Source: the human T2T-CHM13v2.0 reference genome, Homo sapiens
Strand: one strand, 5' to 3'
Assembly (NCBI RefSeq): GCF_009914755.1
Contig: NC_060925.1
DNA: 64,000 bases
The position numbers and the translations under genes were made by a program. Positions 1 to 19,806 of this stretch are shown piece by piece. The stretch's first letter is position 1. Every line of letters begins with the position of its first letter. A model generated the notes under the pieces. That model saw only the letters and a program-made list of their open reading frames with translations. It was not told where the DNA came from and searched no databases.

Positions 1-1044
1 ACTAATCTCTAGCCAAGATAAACAATCAGTGTTGGCCAAGCCAGCACATTCTAGTCACTGACCAGCTATGAATTTTCCCCACCTCACTGCTTCTTATACT
101 GCAGCTTCAGAATTTTTAAAATTTCACTAAATAGAAACACATTCATCTCCTTACCAAGAGTTTTTCTTTGCTGCCCTCATCAAAACCCTGAACCATCTCT
201 TACAATCATGACTATTTTTATAGATCATGCTTCCTACTAATACACCTAAGCCAGCCAGACAGAAAGCTCAGAGCTCACAGACCCTAAAATGCAGTTGTGC
301 ACCTTCCATAAGGACAACATGTCCTCTGGGCCAGAGGAAGACAAGAGAGATCCTTAAATATTGAAGAAAACCAAATTAAAACTACTTTAAGAGGGGATAC
401 AGGTTCACTTAACAACTAAGTGGCAGCAGTTGGAACTCTCTGATTTACACTGAGGCTTCTCAGCTTAAGTACCAAGGCATCAGGTCAACTTTATTTTGAA
501 GCACCTGCTCACTGTGTGCCAGATCCAGTCACAAATAGCAACTAAACTGACTGGCTGAGGAAAAAAAACACATTAGAGAAATATGGACATGAGGATAAGA
601 GGCACGTTTGCAGGTATCCTCTTAACCTCTACATATTCTCTCCTATGAGGAAGAAAACATGGTAAAGAGGGGTCAAACTGCCCCAAATTCAAATGCTGCC
701 ACTGCCACCTACAAAGTGCGCAAATTTAGACAATTTACTAAAGTTCTATCTGTCAAATGGTCAGTATAGAGATAAAACTATATAATGCATGTTGAAATAT
801 AATGGTGCTTACTAAACAGCAGGTTATCAGGTAAATTTTTTCTTTTCTTCATCCTTCTAAGGTATCAATTCAGTAGCCCTAAGAGCACATTCCCAAGAGC
901 TATGAAACCACCTGAATCTGGAGGCTTAATTATCCTAGGCTGACAAACTCAGGAGACCTAAAGATATTGAGAAAAGAGGCATGCAAATTTCTCTAACCTA
1001 TTTCTTTAGGAAAACTATCTGCTAACAAGGTAACAAAGGCTTAC

Positions 1045-1112
1045 CCCATCACACAGGAGAGGGTGAACTGCAGAAGAAAGAGGGTGTCAGCCCAGCCTTC
1101 AAACTCCACAGC
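1045..1112 (-). CDS. SLC35D1: SLC35D1 exon 9 (68 nt; [22 protein letters not shown]); later exons lie outside the window
   Basis: gttgcag acceptor, GG|GTAAG donor, in frame after a ~20.6 kb intron. Confidence 0.94.
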
Positions 1113-1203
1113 CTGCAACACACAAGAAAGCATTAAATTTTAGACCAGGCCTTCAAAATCAGCTATCCCGTTTTAATGTAAATCCTTCTACGAGTCTGCC
1201 TCA

Positions 1204-1209
1204 GACACA

Positions 1210-1265
<56 letters not shown>
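1204..1265. repeat. (CA)n microsatellite, about 27 uninterrupted units
   Basis: Direct reading. Confidence 0.98.
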
Positions 1266-1268
<3 letters not shown>

Positions 1269-2981
1269 ATATGTTTCCCTGAATTACTCCAAGGATAGAG
1301 AGTGATGTTCAAAGATTTCATGTATACAGAGTTGAACTAGTAAGTAGTTTCATAAGATTTTCTCCCATCCAAAATGTAACGTGGGGATTTTATACTTCTC
1401 ACTATTGGTGCAAAGAAACTGGTATTTCCTTGAAGGCACAAGCCACATTTGGCTAATCTCAGTTCTTTCAGATGGCTATTAATGTGCTAGTACTAAAGGC
1501 TTTCTCAAACATTAAAACATGTTTCCTTTCTGTAACATGTGAAAGCTTAAATACAGCCTTAGTTATACAAATTCAGCTGAGGTCTATTCAAGGAGAATTA
1601 CTGTTTTAAAACGGTTCATTCTAAAAACAAGGTATTTTGTGTTGTTGTTGTTGTCTGTGTTAAGCCAAAAGGAAAGGAATAAAGAGAAATGAAAGGGTAC
1701 ACTGATCATCTCATCTCTTGTCCAAGAGGAATGGATTCTCAAGTACCTAGTTGTTTTTGCAATAGGAGTTTGATAAGCAAATGTGAGAAACATTCCACCT
1801 TTTTATCTCTGCTAACCTGTCCAGCTTCAACTTTTGCTACTTCCGCATAAATCTGATGGCACCAGGGCTCCAACAATACCAGGCTCCCTGTGGCTTATAA
1901 AACATACCATACACTTTCTTACTTGCATGCCTTTGCCTGGAATGTCCTTCCCCTCAACATTCGTCTGACTCCTGTTCAGCCATCAAATTAAAACTCAAGG
2001 CTCCCTTGTGGGGCCCTTCCTGATCAAGTACTCCTTCCTTTGTGCCTCAGTACTCCTCTCTAGAGCTCTTGTCTCTTCGAACTGTAAATCTTTCTATACC
2101 ATGTCTACAGAATGAACTCCCTGAAGGGAGGACCCACATCACATTTATCTAATCATATTCCTAACAGTGCTTGACAGACAGTTTGTTTATAGTTCTTTGT
2201 TGAGGTAGAATACATGAAAAATAAATTAATTTTAAGTGTTCAATTCAATGAGTAGTCACAAATGTATAATCATGTAACCACCATTACAATCACGATAAAG
2301 AAATCAACTCCTTCCAAAGTTCCCTCCTCCCCATTGAGTCAATCTCCCCTCCATTTCTAGCCCCTGGCAACCTCTGATCTACTTTCTGTTACTATAACTT
2401 CGCTGTTCAACAATTTCCTACAAGTGGAATTGTATAGCATGTACTCTAGTGTCTTCCTTCTCTTTCACTTGGCATTATGCTCCTAGGACTCATCCATCCT
2501 ATGTATGTATCAGTAATTCATTCATTTTTATTGCCAATTAGTATTCTATCTTATGGGTATACCACAATTTGTTTATCCAAACACCAGGTAATTGACACTT
2601 ATTTGGGTTATTTCCACAAGTTATTATGAACCTTTGAACCTTCCGTTACAAGTCTCCCAACTGACATGTTTTTATTTATCTTGGGTAAATAGCTAGAAAA
2701 TGGGATTGCTGGTTCATTTGGTTAGGTGTATCTTTAACTTCGTAAGAAACTGCCAAGCTGTTTTCCAAAGTAGCTACACAATTTTGTATTCTCACCAGCA
2801 CTATATGAGAGCTCCCACTGATCTATATTCTCACCAACACTTGGAACTGTTACAGGCCATTCTAATAAGTGGTTAAGTGATATTTTCTCATTTTAATTTG
2901 CATTTCCCTAAAGACTATCAATATTGAGTATCTTTTAATCTTTGACATTAGCATTTCTTCTTTGGTGAAGTGTCTGTCTAA

Positions 2982-3347
<366 letters not shown>

Positions 3348-3377
3348 TAAAAATATATTCTAGATAAAAGTCCTTAA

Positions 3378-3749
<372 letters not shown>

Positions 3750-3952
3750 TCACCTTGCATTTTCTTAATAGTGTCTTTTGAAGAGCAAAAAATGTTAATG
3801 TTGATGTAGTCTAACATCAATATTGTCTTTTATAATTCTTGCTTATAACTTTTTAATGAAACCTGGGTGTAACCAAAAGTCAAAGATCTTCTCCTATCTT
3901 TTCTTCTAGTTTTATGGTTTTAGCTTTTACAGTTAGGTCTATGAACCTTTTA

Positions 3953-4740
3953 ACATTAGTTTGCTAGAGCTGCCATAACAAAGCACCACAAAACTGAGTA
4001 GCTTAAATGGCAGAAATTTGTTGTCTCACAGTTCTGGAGGGTAGAACTCCAAGATGAAAGTGTCTACAGGATTGGCTCCTTCTAAGAACTGAGACACAAT
4101 CTTTTTCTTGCCTCTCCCCTAGCTTCTAGTGGTTTGTTGGCAATCTTTGGTATTTTTTTAGCTTGTAGAGGTATCACCCTGATGTCTAACTTCATGTTCA
4201 CATGGTGTTCTCCCTGTGTGCATACCTGTGTCCTAATTTCCCACCCCGCCCCCCAACCTTTTTTTTAAGCAAGGTCTTGCTTTGTCAACCAGTCTGGAGT
4301 ACAGTGGCGTGATCATGGGTCACAGCATCCTTGAACTCCGAAACTTAAATAATCCTTCCACCTCAGCCTCCTGAACAGCTAAGACTATAGGTGTGCACCA
4401 CCATATCTGGCTAATATTTTTTAAGTTCTTTTGTAGAGACAGGGTCTTGCTTTGTTGCCCAGGTTGGTCTCAAACTTCTGGCCTCAAGTGATCCTTCCAC
4501 CACGGCCTCCCAAAGCACTAGGATTATAGGTGTGAGCCACCCTGCTGGCCCTTGATTTCCCTTCTTAGTAAGAACACCAGTCATATTGAATTAGTGACCC
4601 ACCCTACTCCCGTATGACCTGATCCTAACTAATTACACCTCAATCATCACATTTCAAAATAAGATTTATTGTGAGGTACTAAGGATTAGGACTTCAATAT
4701 ATGAATCTGGAAGGGGAGGGACACAATTTAACCTATAACA
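3953..4740 (-). mobile_element. MLT1-type (MaLR) solo LTR interrupted by AluJ-like element (~4258-4551)
   Basis: ...gctgccataacaaagcaccac ... gggacacaatttaacctataaca termini. Confidence 0.8.
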
Positions 4741-6210
4741 CTTTCCTGATTAATGTTTGTATATTCCACAAGGTCACAGTCAAGGTTCACTATTTTGCAT
4801 ACAGATGTCAAATTGTTCTACCAACATTTGCTGAAGACATTATCTTTTCCTCATTGATCTATTTTCACACCTTTGACAAAAATGATTGCCCACATGGTAT
4901 ATTTCTATTTCTAGATTCTCTGTTCTGTTTCACTGGTCTGTCTACTCTTAATCCAATATCACAGTGTCTTGATTACTGAAGCTTTATAAGAAGTGTTGAA
5001 ATCAAGTAGGGTAAATCCTCTAAAGCTGTTATTTTTGAAAACTGATTTGACTATACTAAGTCCTTTGCAATTCCACATAAATTTAAAAATCTGCTTGTCA
5101 ATATCTACAAAAATCTTCCCATAGAGTTGGGGTGGTGTTGAATCTATAGATGAATTTGCTAAGAACTGACAAATTATATCAAACCATCTAATTAATAAAC
5201 ATAAAAATCACTTATTTAGGTCTTTTAAAATTTATCTCACTAGTGTTTTGTAGTTTTCAGCATACAGGTAGCATATTTTGTTAAATTTATCCCCCAAGTA
5301 CTTTATAATCTGAAGCTATTATAAGTGGTATTTTTTACTTAGCTTCCAAGTGTTCACTGCTGTTTTGTGGAGCTACAGTTAATTTTTGCATATTGACCTT
5401 GTACTGTACAAACTTGCTAATTAGTTCCAATCACTTTTTTCTAGATTCTTTAAGATTTTCTACATATATCATCATGTTTTTAATACACACAGTTTTGCTT
5501 CTTCCTTTCAAATCTATATTATACAGATGGAGTTCTTCAACATAACACTGAATAGAACACTATATGAGTACAGACATCCTCGCCTTGTTCTCAAATCTTA
5601 GTGAAAAAGTATTCAGTCTTTCTTTCACCATTAAATATGTCAGCAATAGATTCTTTGGTAGATGTCCTTTCTTACGCTGAGAAAGTTCCCTTCTATTCCT
5701 AGTTTATTGAGAATTTTACACTCATGAGTGGGTGTCACCTTTTGTCAAATAGGTTTTCTGCATCTATTTAGGATAGTTCTACTATATTCTTGTTAATATG
5801 GTAAACTGCACTGATCGATTTTCAAATGTTAAATTAACCTTAATTCCTGAGATAAACACAATATGGTCATGATATACTGCCCTTTTAATATATTGCTGGA
5901 TTTTTTTGTACTGTACTTTCTCCCCCCTTGTAATGTTTTTGTCAGATTTTGGCAGAAGGTAATCCTAGCCATATAAAATCAACAAGGAAGTGTTCTATCT
6001 TCTATTTTCTGGAAGAATTTATGTAGAATTATTATTTCTTCCTTAAATTTTTTGTCAAATTCTCCAGTGAAGCAATCAGGGCCTGAAATTTTATTTTGAG
6101 GAAAGTTTTTAACTACAAATTCAATTTCTTTAACATAAATAGGGCTATAATAGCCCTATTATTAATTAAGGCTTATGATTAATTTCAATTAAACAGACCT
6201 ATTTAATTAC

Positions 6211-6561
6211 TGTATTAGTCTCTTCTCATGCTGCTATAAAGGAATACCTGAGACTGGGTAATTTATAAAAGAAAGAGGTTTAATTGACTCACAGCTCCGC
6301 ATGGCTGGGGAGGCCTCAGGAAACTTACAATCATGGCAGAAGGCACCTCTTCACAGGGTGGCAAGAATGAGTGCCCAGCAAAGGGGGAAGACCCTTATAA
6401 AATCATCAGATCTCGTAAGAACTCACTATCACAAGAACAAGATGGGGAAACTGCCCCCCATGATTCAATTATCTCCACCTGGTCCCTCCCACGACACATG
6501 GGGAATATGGGAACTACAATTCAAGATGAGATTTGGGTGGGGACACAGCAAAACCATATCA
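6211..6561 (-). mobile_element. THE1 solo LTR
   Basis: TGTATTAGTC...CCATATCA termini; perfect 5-bp TSD ATTAC. Confidence 0.92.
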
Positions 6562-6959
6562 ATTACTTAACAGAGTAGAGTTATTCATACATTACCTATT
6601 TCTTCTTGAGTGAGCTTTGGTACATAGTTTGTCTTTTCCAAGAATCTATTTTGTCTCAGTTGTCAAGTTTATTGGCATAATATTGTTCATAATATTCTCT
6701 TACTATTCTTTTAAAATATACCTGCTCTGTAATGAGGTCCTTCTTTAATTTCTGATATTGATAATTTATGTAAACTCACTTTTTGGCCTGATTAATTGGC
6801 TATGAATTAGCAATTTTATTAATCTTTTTTAAAAAAAATCTTAGCTTTTAGTTTCATTGGTTTTCATTGCATTGATTTCTATTCTTATCTTACAATCTTA
6901 CATTTCTTATGTTTATTTTGGATTTAATTTTCTAGTTTCCTTTTTTTATTCTTCCTTCT

Positions 6960-7575
<616 letters not shown>

Positions 7576-10500
7576 TGATTTTCTTTGTGATTTTTCTTCG
7601 TCTATGAATTATTTAGAGGTGTGCTAATTTGCAAATATTTGGGGATTTTCCAAATATCTTTATGCCATTAATTTCTACCTTAATATTGTTCTGGTCAGGG
7701 AATATACTTTGTATGGTTTCAATTCTTTTAAACTATTAAGACTCATTTTATGGCCCAGAATATAGTTTATCTTGGTATATACCCAATGTGCACTTGAAAA
7801 GAATGTGTACGCTGCTGTTGTTGAGTGGATTGTTCTTTAATGTCAAGTAGATCAAGCTTGTTGACAGTATTATCCAAGTCTTCTATACTTTACTGACTTC
7901 CAGTTTCACTGTTTTATCAATTACTGAGTTAAAAATATTAAGATCCCAATTGTAATTGTGGGTTGGTCTATTTCTCCTTTCTGTTCTATCAGTTTTTACT
8001 TCATATATTTTGGAGCTCTCTCATCAAGAATATATACACTTAGGACCATTATATCCTTTTGAGGAATTAACCCATTTTATCATTATGAAATGTTCCTCTT
8101 TATGGTACAGTTTCCTTTACATTCTGTGTTTACTGAGCTCCTTGTGTGTGTGCCTTTAAAGTTTTCATCAAATTTGCAGAAAAAAAATTTCTACCCCCAC
8201 CCTTCATAGACTTCTTGATATTGCCCCACAGGTCACTAATATTGTGTTCATTTGCTTTACAATCTTTTTTCCTCTATATGCTTCATCTTGGACAGTTTCC
8301 ATTACTGTCTTTAATTCACTGATCTTTTCTCCTAATCTGCTGTTTCATTCCTTCCACTTTATTTTTCAATTCAGATATTTTTCATCCCTAAAAGTTCCAA
8401 TTGAGTCTTTTTTTATAGCTTTCTTTTCTCTTCTCATCCTTTCTTAACAATCCTTCACAGCCTGTCATCCAAAGACTGAAAAATGTTGTTTGATAAATGT
8501 TTGATTTTCTAGTACCTTAATGTAGGAAGGTAAACCCTGTCCGTGTTATTCCATCATGGCTAGGAAATGAAAGACCACATTCAGTTCCTGATTTGAATTA
8601 TAAACCTGTACCAAATGATGCTTCCACTAGGAAGCTTTCACAAAAACCTAAGTTGCACATTAGTATCTTTCCTGCCAAACTCAAGAGAAGACTAAATGCT
8701 ACTTTTATCAGGTTCCTTACTAAGTATGTGTACATATATGGACATCTTTATGTACATGACTATCTCTCCAGACAGACATTGCAAATACCTTGATGATTTA
8801 TCTCTGTATCCATGGTATTTAACAAAGTGATCAGAAAATAGTAGGTGTTTAATAACTGTTTACTGGATGAATGGAAGACATGAGAACTCATGCATACAAT
8901 CTCATGCTACGCTCCTTCATACCTGTAAACACAACCTCCTCTCTGATGAAAAATCAGTAACGCACAATAAACTGGCCTACGACTCAGGAGACCAGCTTCT
9001 GCTAGCAAGACTGTAAGTTCCTTGGGAGCAGGAAATGTGTCACATGTCATTTCTGCAGAGTTCCATGCACTTAGAAGTGCTAAGCACAAATACTAGTGGC
9101 AGTGGATTAAACATCCATGATCTGTGGCCCAGCATCATTTTCTACACACAGATGAGGTGAACTTTGCTTTTGTTTTAATCCCTGACCCCCTCTGAACTTT
9201 GCTTTTTAATACACCCACACACCTGCTTGTACATGCTACTAACTGTATTTAAGTTGAATGTTAAATCTACATAATTTGTTTTTAAAAAAAGTTTTATTTC
9301 ACATTTATCTGAAACTGGACCAGAATCTCAAGTATGTTTACATTTTAATTGTTCACATTTTAACTGTTTCTTACACTATCAGTTTGCCCTGTTTCCTGCG
9401 CCCCACGCCCCAAGCTTTATTAAGGTATAGTTAACAAAATATATAATTTTAACTTTTCTTCTAATAATTAAAGGTCATTTGAACTGCATGTAACTCATTA
9501 GCTTTGCACTAAGTTTTTTTTTTTTTTCTTTGAACAGACAAGGCATAACCCAGTAAGCCATCAATTAGGCAATGGAAAGGTTACGCATACCCTGCAAGAA
9601 AAGCCATTGTACCTAGAAAAGTAGGTGGACCAGGATTCAGAAGCCTGGTGTCTTGTACCACCTCACCACTGCTTCATTATGCTAGACTGAGCTTCTGTAA
9701 AGGAGAACTGCATGGGTATTAAGGCTTCTTCCAGTTGTGACAGGAGTATTAGATCAGCTTGAAAAGTAGAGAGTTTATTTTACCCAAGCTAAAACACATA
9801 AAAGAAATCTCAGCCCTAAAACCTTTCCTCCAGCTCTAAATTATCTTCCTTTCCTGGCTAAGCTATTCTTTTATCCCAAAGTCATTAAGAATACAGAATA
9901 AGTTGTTGTAAGGGACAATGATAATTCTCTGAACCTTAGTTTCTACATATGTAAAAAGAGGAATAATAAGGCCTCATCTACAGGGTTGTTATCAGAATTA
10001 CAAAAAATATATATATGGATACAATCACTGACATGGAGGGAATCTGGCTCAATAAATGATGTCAGCTACTATATATAATCATTACTTTTAATTTTTTTTT
10101 TTATCAGTGACCTAATCAGTGGTTCAGTAATCAGAATTATTTGGCAAAGACCTCAAATAAACCTCTCATAAACCTAAGTTTCTTCTCTCCTCTAGCTCTA
10201 AATATCTCCTCTGCTTTCGGTGTACAATTCTGACATCTATTAAGTACCATGTGCCAGGCCCCAGGCAGGATTTGAGGCACAATGCTAAAGATGGTTTAAT
10301 CAGGCTTCCTGATAATCAAGCAGCAAATGATTAAAAAAGTGCTGCCATACATTTTTGGAGTGCCTTATGGTTTACCAAGTGCTTCTGCATGTATCATGTC
10401 ATTTGATTGCCATGACAACCTGTGGGACAGAAAGGCCAGATCTTCTTATACCCAGAAGACGGGTAACTTACTTTAGGTCACACAGGTTATATACGGTAAA

Positions 10501-11784
10501 CATGAGTCTACATATGCTAAGCCCCAAGGCTGTCTACACTGAATGTTACATTTGATTCAGAAAAATGCCCCAAATATATACTGCACAGTCTCCTTTGGGG
10601 ACATAATAATGATATCTGCAGGATATTAAAATAAATCTCATGGATATGGTTCCATTCAGATAAAAATCAAAAACAGAAAAATAATTCTCATGGGACTTTT
10701 TTTTTATTTCTCTAAGTATTTGGCCTGTCTCTGGAGAAAGTCAGTCTATGGCACAAGCACGCTGTTGCATTCCTCTGCTTCGCCACAGGAATAGATCTTT
10801 GGCTGCAACAAAAGCAGCAGCAGCCATTTGAAAGTACAGCTGTAGGAAAAACAGAACCCTGGCAGTCCCTACAGTGCAAAGGAGCCCATTCTCCCTGCCA
10901 TAAAGACAGCATTAAAAAAAAATAAAAACTACTGCTTATTAAGTGCCTATTATGTACCAGGCTCAGAAACATTCAGTAACTTTTCCAAAATTATCTAGCT
11001 AGTAAGTACCTGTTCAGCTCCATAACCTATAGTCTTTCCATTTGTACTGCCGCAAAAAAAAACAAAGGCAAGGCAACAACATGTTCTCAATTTTTTTTTC
11101 CTTTATGGCTCCACGTGGTTACCAATCAGTGAGTCAAATAGCAGGAGTTCTAATTCTAACTGCCATTAACTTTCCATGTGGCCATCATAGTTATTTAACA
11201 TCAGTGAGCCTCTACCTATGTTATGAATGTAGAAAACAGTCTGCTCTATCTGCCTCCTGTGAGGATCAACTGAGAGACTAAAATGCAGTCACTTTAAATG
11301 TAGACAGAATTTACATACAGAAGAAATTATTCGCTTAAACTTCCACCAGTTATCTCCTGGTGGTAGATTTGCAAGCGAATTTTTTATTCTCCCTAAGATA
11401 GGAAATAGAAGGCATGGTGAACATACATTTTGTCAATCAGGAAAAAAACAAAACATTTAAAATGAAACAAAACTTCTGCTTCTAGAGAAAGCTCTGATAA
11501 AGAGCCATTGTGAAGAGAATGACCTACCTGGTCATTCTGTGTGTGACACAGAACTAAACAGGCTCTCTGCCACAAGGCCTGGAATCTTCGGTCTTGGCTG
11601 ACTGGTAGCTGTGATTACAGATTTAATAAACAAAGATGCTTCTTAGGCTTTCCTTCTGTTTTGAATAAAGTCTTTAGCGCTACAGGTGCCAGTATAATGT
11701 AAATACCCCAGGAGTGAAAACAATGTCCCATAATCAACGGGAGACAGCAAATGTTATATGGACCTACCACTACCTATAACTACG

Positions 11785-16760
<4,976 letters not shown>

Positions 16761-18335
16761 TTGTTGAAAACTTTTAGTTAAATAAAAATATTTGAAAAAA
16801 TTTTTAATTTTAAAAATGTGGGTTTTTTTGTTGCCTAGGTTAAGGAAATTAAGAGAGAAAGGGAGTATGTGAGTAAGATTAGCACAAAAACTACACAATC
16901 AATACAAAGGCTAAACTCTCATCCAGGGATGCAATCAGATTTTGTCTTTTGTACCAGCTCTGATCAACTGATTCTGGCTGTCTAGACTCCTGTCTTGGTA
17001 AACAGTCTCAGGCTATGTGTAAGCATAGCAAGAAAATATTGTGACTACTTGGTAATGTCTACAATGAGCACAGGATAACTTAGCACCAATTTACAATTTA
17101 CCAACCCTAATCTAGTCAGAAGTATGGAAAAGTTTCAATGTCCACTTGAGGCAACCATTCCCCATTTCTGAATCATCAATTCATTTGAAATCTGAACTAA
17201 AATCCAAAGTGTGACAGATATTTTCTTAGTGTTTTGACACATCTCTGTTTACCATGAAGTCTAAAAATAAACCACTGAGTTTGCATGTCATGGTAAAGAA
17301 AAAAGATTAATAAATGATATTCTATTCCTGAAAATTCTTTCCCTGAAAAATTACTAAGAAAAAAATTGAATCCTTATCTGAAAGTAAACTGTTAGGAAAC
17401 TTGCTAAGGCAGAAAGAAGATAATGTCAGTGGTGCCACCTATATAAAATAAAACCTACAGATCATGTCAAAACTACACATTCCAGCTTGCCAAGTAGGTC
17501 ACTTGCTCTTATTTAAAAAGAGATATCTCAGAGGTAAGAATGGTTAAAAACATAACAGTGTCAGTCAAATAATATACTGGCAAAGAGAAAGTTCTATTCA
17601 TTCATAACTAAAGAATAATTGATCCAACCCACCTGTTTTACATATGGGAACACCAAGGCCCAGAAAACAGAAGGAATCTGTCTCTATGTGGTGAGAATAA
17701 TTCAGAGTCTGAAAATCAATCTGTGTGGTCCACAGAGCAATCCAGAAAAGATGAATAACTCTAAACAGGCTAACTTAACAGCCTAAAATTTCTTCATTAT
17801 TTAGTCAGCAATGCTTAGTATGAGACACTTCCAGGCAGACAATTTGTGCAGCAACCTTTCCTATAACTCCCCTAAACCATGTAATTTAGCCAGTGATATA
17901 ATGGAGACATTATACAGCGTACCACAGAACTAGCCTTGTGAGATCTACAGCAAGTGGTCTGTTCTTCCATCTCTATGTAAGAACACCTAGCAGGGTGTGC
18001 TGCCAGAAAGCCAAGCTCCAACTCCTGTGACTGAATCACTGGCTTTGTACTAAAAAAAAAAATCCCATCTGGAGGTAGCAATTAGTAAGTTTAAACACAA
18101 TCTGTACTGATGCTTTGGAAAGTCATTGGTCAAGTGATGTCCACTCTGCCTTTATCTATGTTAACTAGGTATCTTTTATTAACAGTAAGCTGGTTTTTGC
18201 ATGAGGCATAGTTTAAAAAAATGTTTTTAAGTTAGAAGATACATGTTTTAAAAACTAAGTGCTGAATATATTTATTTGTTCCTTGGTTTCTGGTAAACCC
18301 AGAACTTTGAGAACCTTGGATAAACTTTAAATATG

Positions 18336-18337
<2 letters not shown>

Positions 18338-18369
<32 letters not shown>
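18338..18369. repeat. (CA)n microsatellite
   Basis: Direct reading. Confidence 0.95.
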
Positions 18370-18370
<1 letters not shown>

Positions 18371-18995
18371 CTAGTTTGGTTTCTCAAAATGCTTTGCCAA
18401 GACCTTGCATTATGTGCTCACTGGGACGAGTTTTTCAACTGGAACTTTCCTTTACATTCTTATGGTAATATATTTCGTTTTTTTCATCGTTGGCCTCCAA
18501 CTCTTGCTTAAAGGCTGTATCAACCCCATCAACTGCTGTATCCAACTCCTGTCTCTCTGGGGAGCTGGCCTTTCAGAGCCCCCTTGTTGGATTCTTGTCC
18601 TAACAAAGGGAAGTTTTCCCTCTTCTGCCTACTAAATTTAACAGTGAGACTTTCAGAATAATTTGCATCGATTTTGCTTCAAACTGCAATGTGGGTCAAG
18701 AGTCTGCAACTTAGGATAATAAAAAACTGACTTGCCATGTCCCCAGTTATTTTCAAATTTAGGGTTAATCACAGGATAGTAGTCATTTATATAAAAACTA
18801 TCTTTTCCTTATTGTTCCTTTGATATAGTTTTTAAATACGTTTATGTGGTCCTATAATCAAAAAAATATAGAAAGATGAATAGTTTGAGAAGTCTCCCTC
18901 CCATTCCTGTTCTACTTACCCTGTTCCCACAATATGCACAAAAATTTATTAGTTTCATGTATATTTTTCCAGACTTTATTTAAATAAGTGAAAAA

Positions 18996-18997
<2 letters not shown>

Positions 18998-19036
<39 letters not shown>

Positions 19037-19042
19037 ACGCGT
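18998..19042. repeat. (TG)n microsatellite ending in cacgcg
   Basis: Direct reading. Confidence 0.95.
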
Positions 19043-19479
19043 GGGGGGTATTCTTATTTTTCTTTTTATTTTACCCAAAAGGTAGGATATCATATGCACC
19101 ATTTTGCACTGTGCTTTTTCATTTAACCATTTATCTTGGAGATCTTTTAATTCAATACATAGAAAGTTTCCATTCAAAGTGGCCCCCATTCAAAGTGGGT
19201 CAGGAAAGTCTGAAGTCCAACAAATGAGAGCAGTTTATCAGCACTGATTATAGGGGAGTAGTGGGCTCATGCCAGCTGTGAGAATAGCTGCCTGTTTCCA
19301 CAATGACATGGCTTTTACTCCTCAGAAACTCTGTCTCAACCCCAGAAAGGGCTGTACCTAGAGACTCATTTTACAAATGATAAAGCTAGGTGGGAGAGCA
19401 GAAGGGATTTATCCAAAGTCAGATGGTGGTCAGGCACAGAACTGGAGGTGGCTAGTTTTCTGCATTCTGAGAGCCCTAA

Positions 19480-19806
<327 letters not shown>

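Noticed and set aside
16954-16985. ccagctctgatcaactgattctggctgtctag resembles part of the 7SK RNA 5' hairpin
   Set aside because: Only ~30 nt of gapped similarity, flanks do not match, no tail or TSD; an nhmmer search against 7SK would settle it
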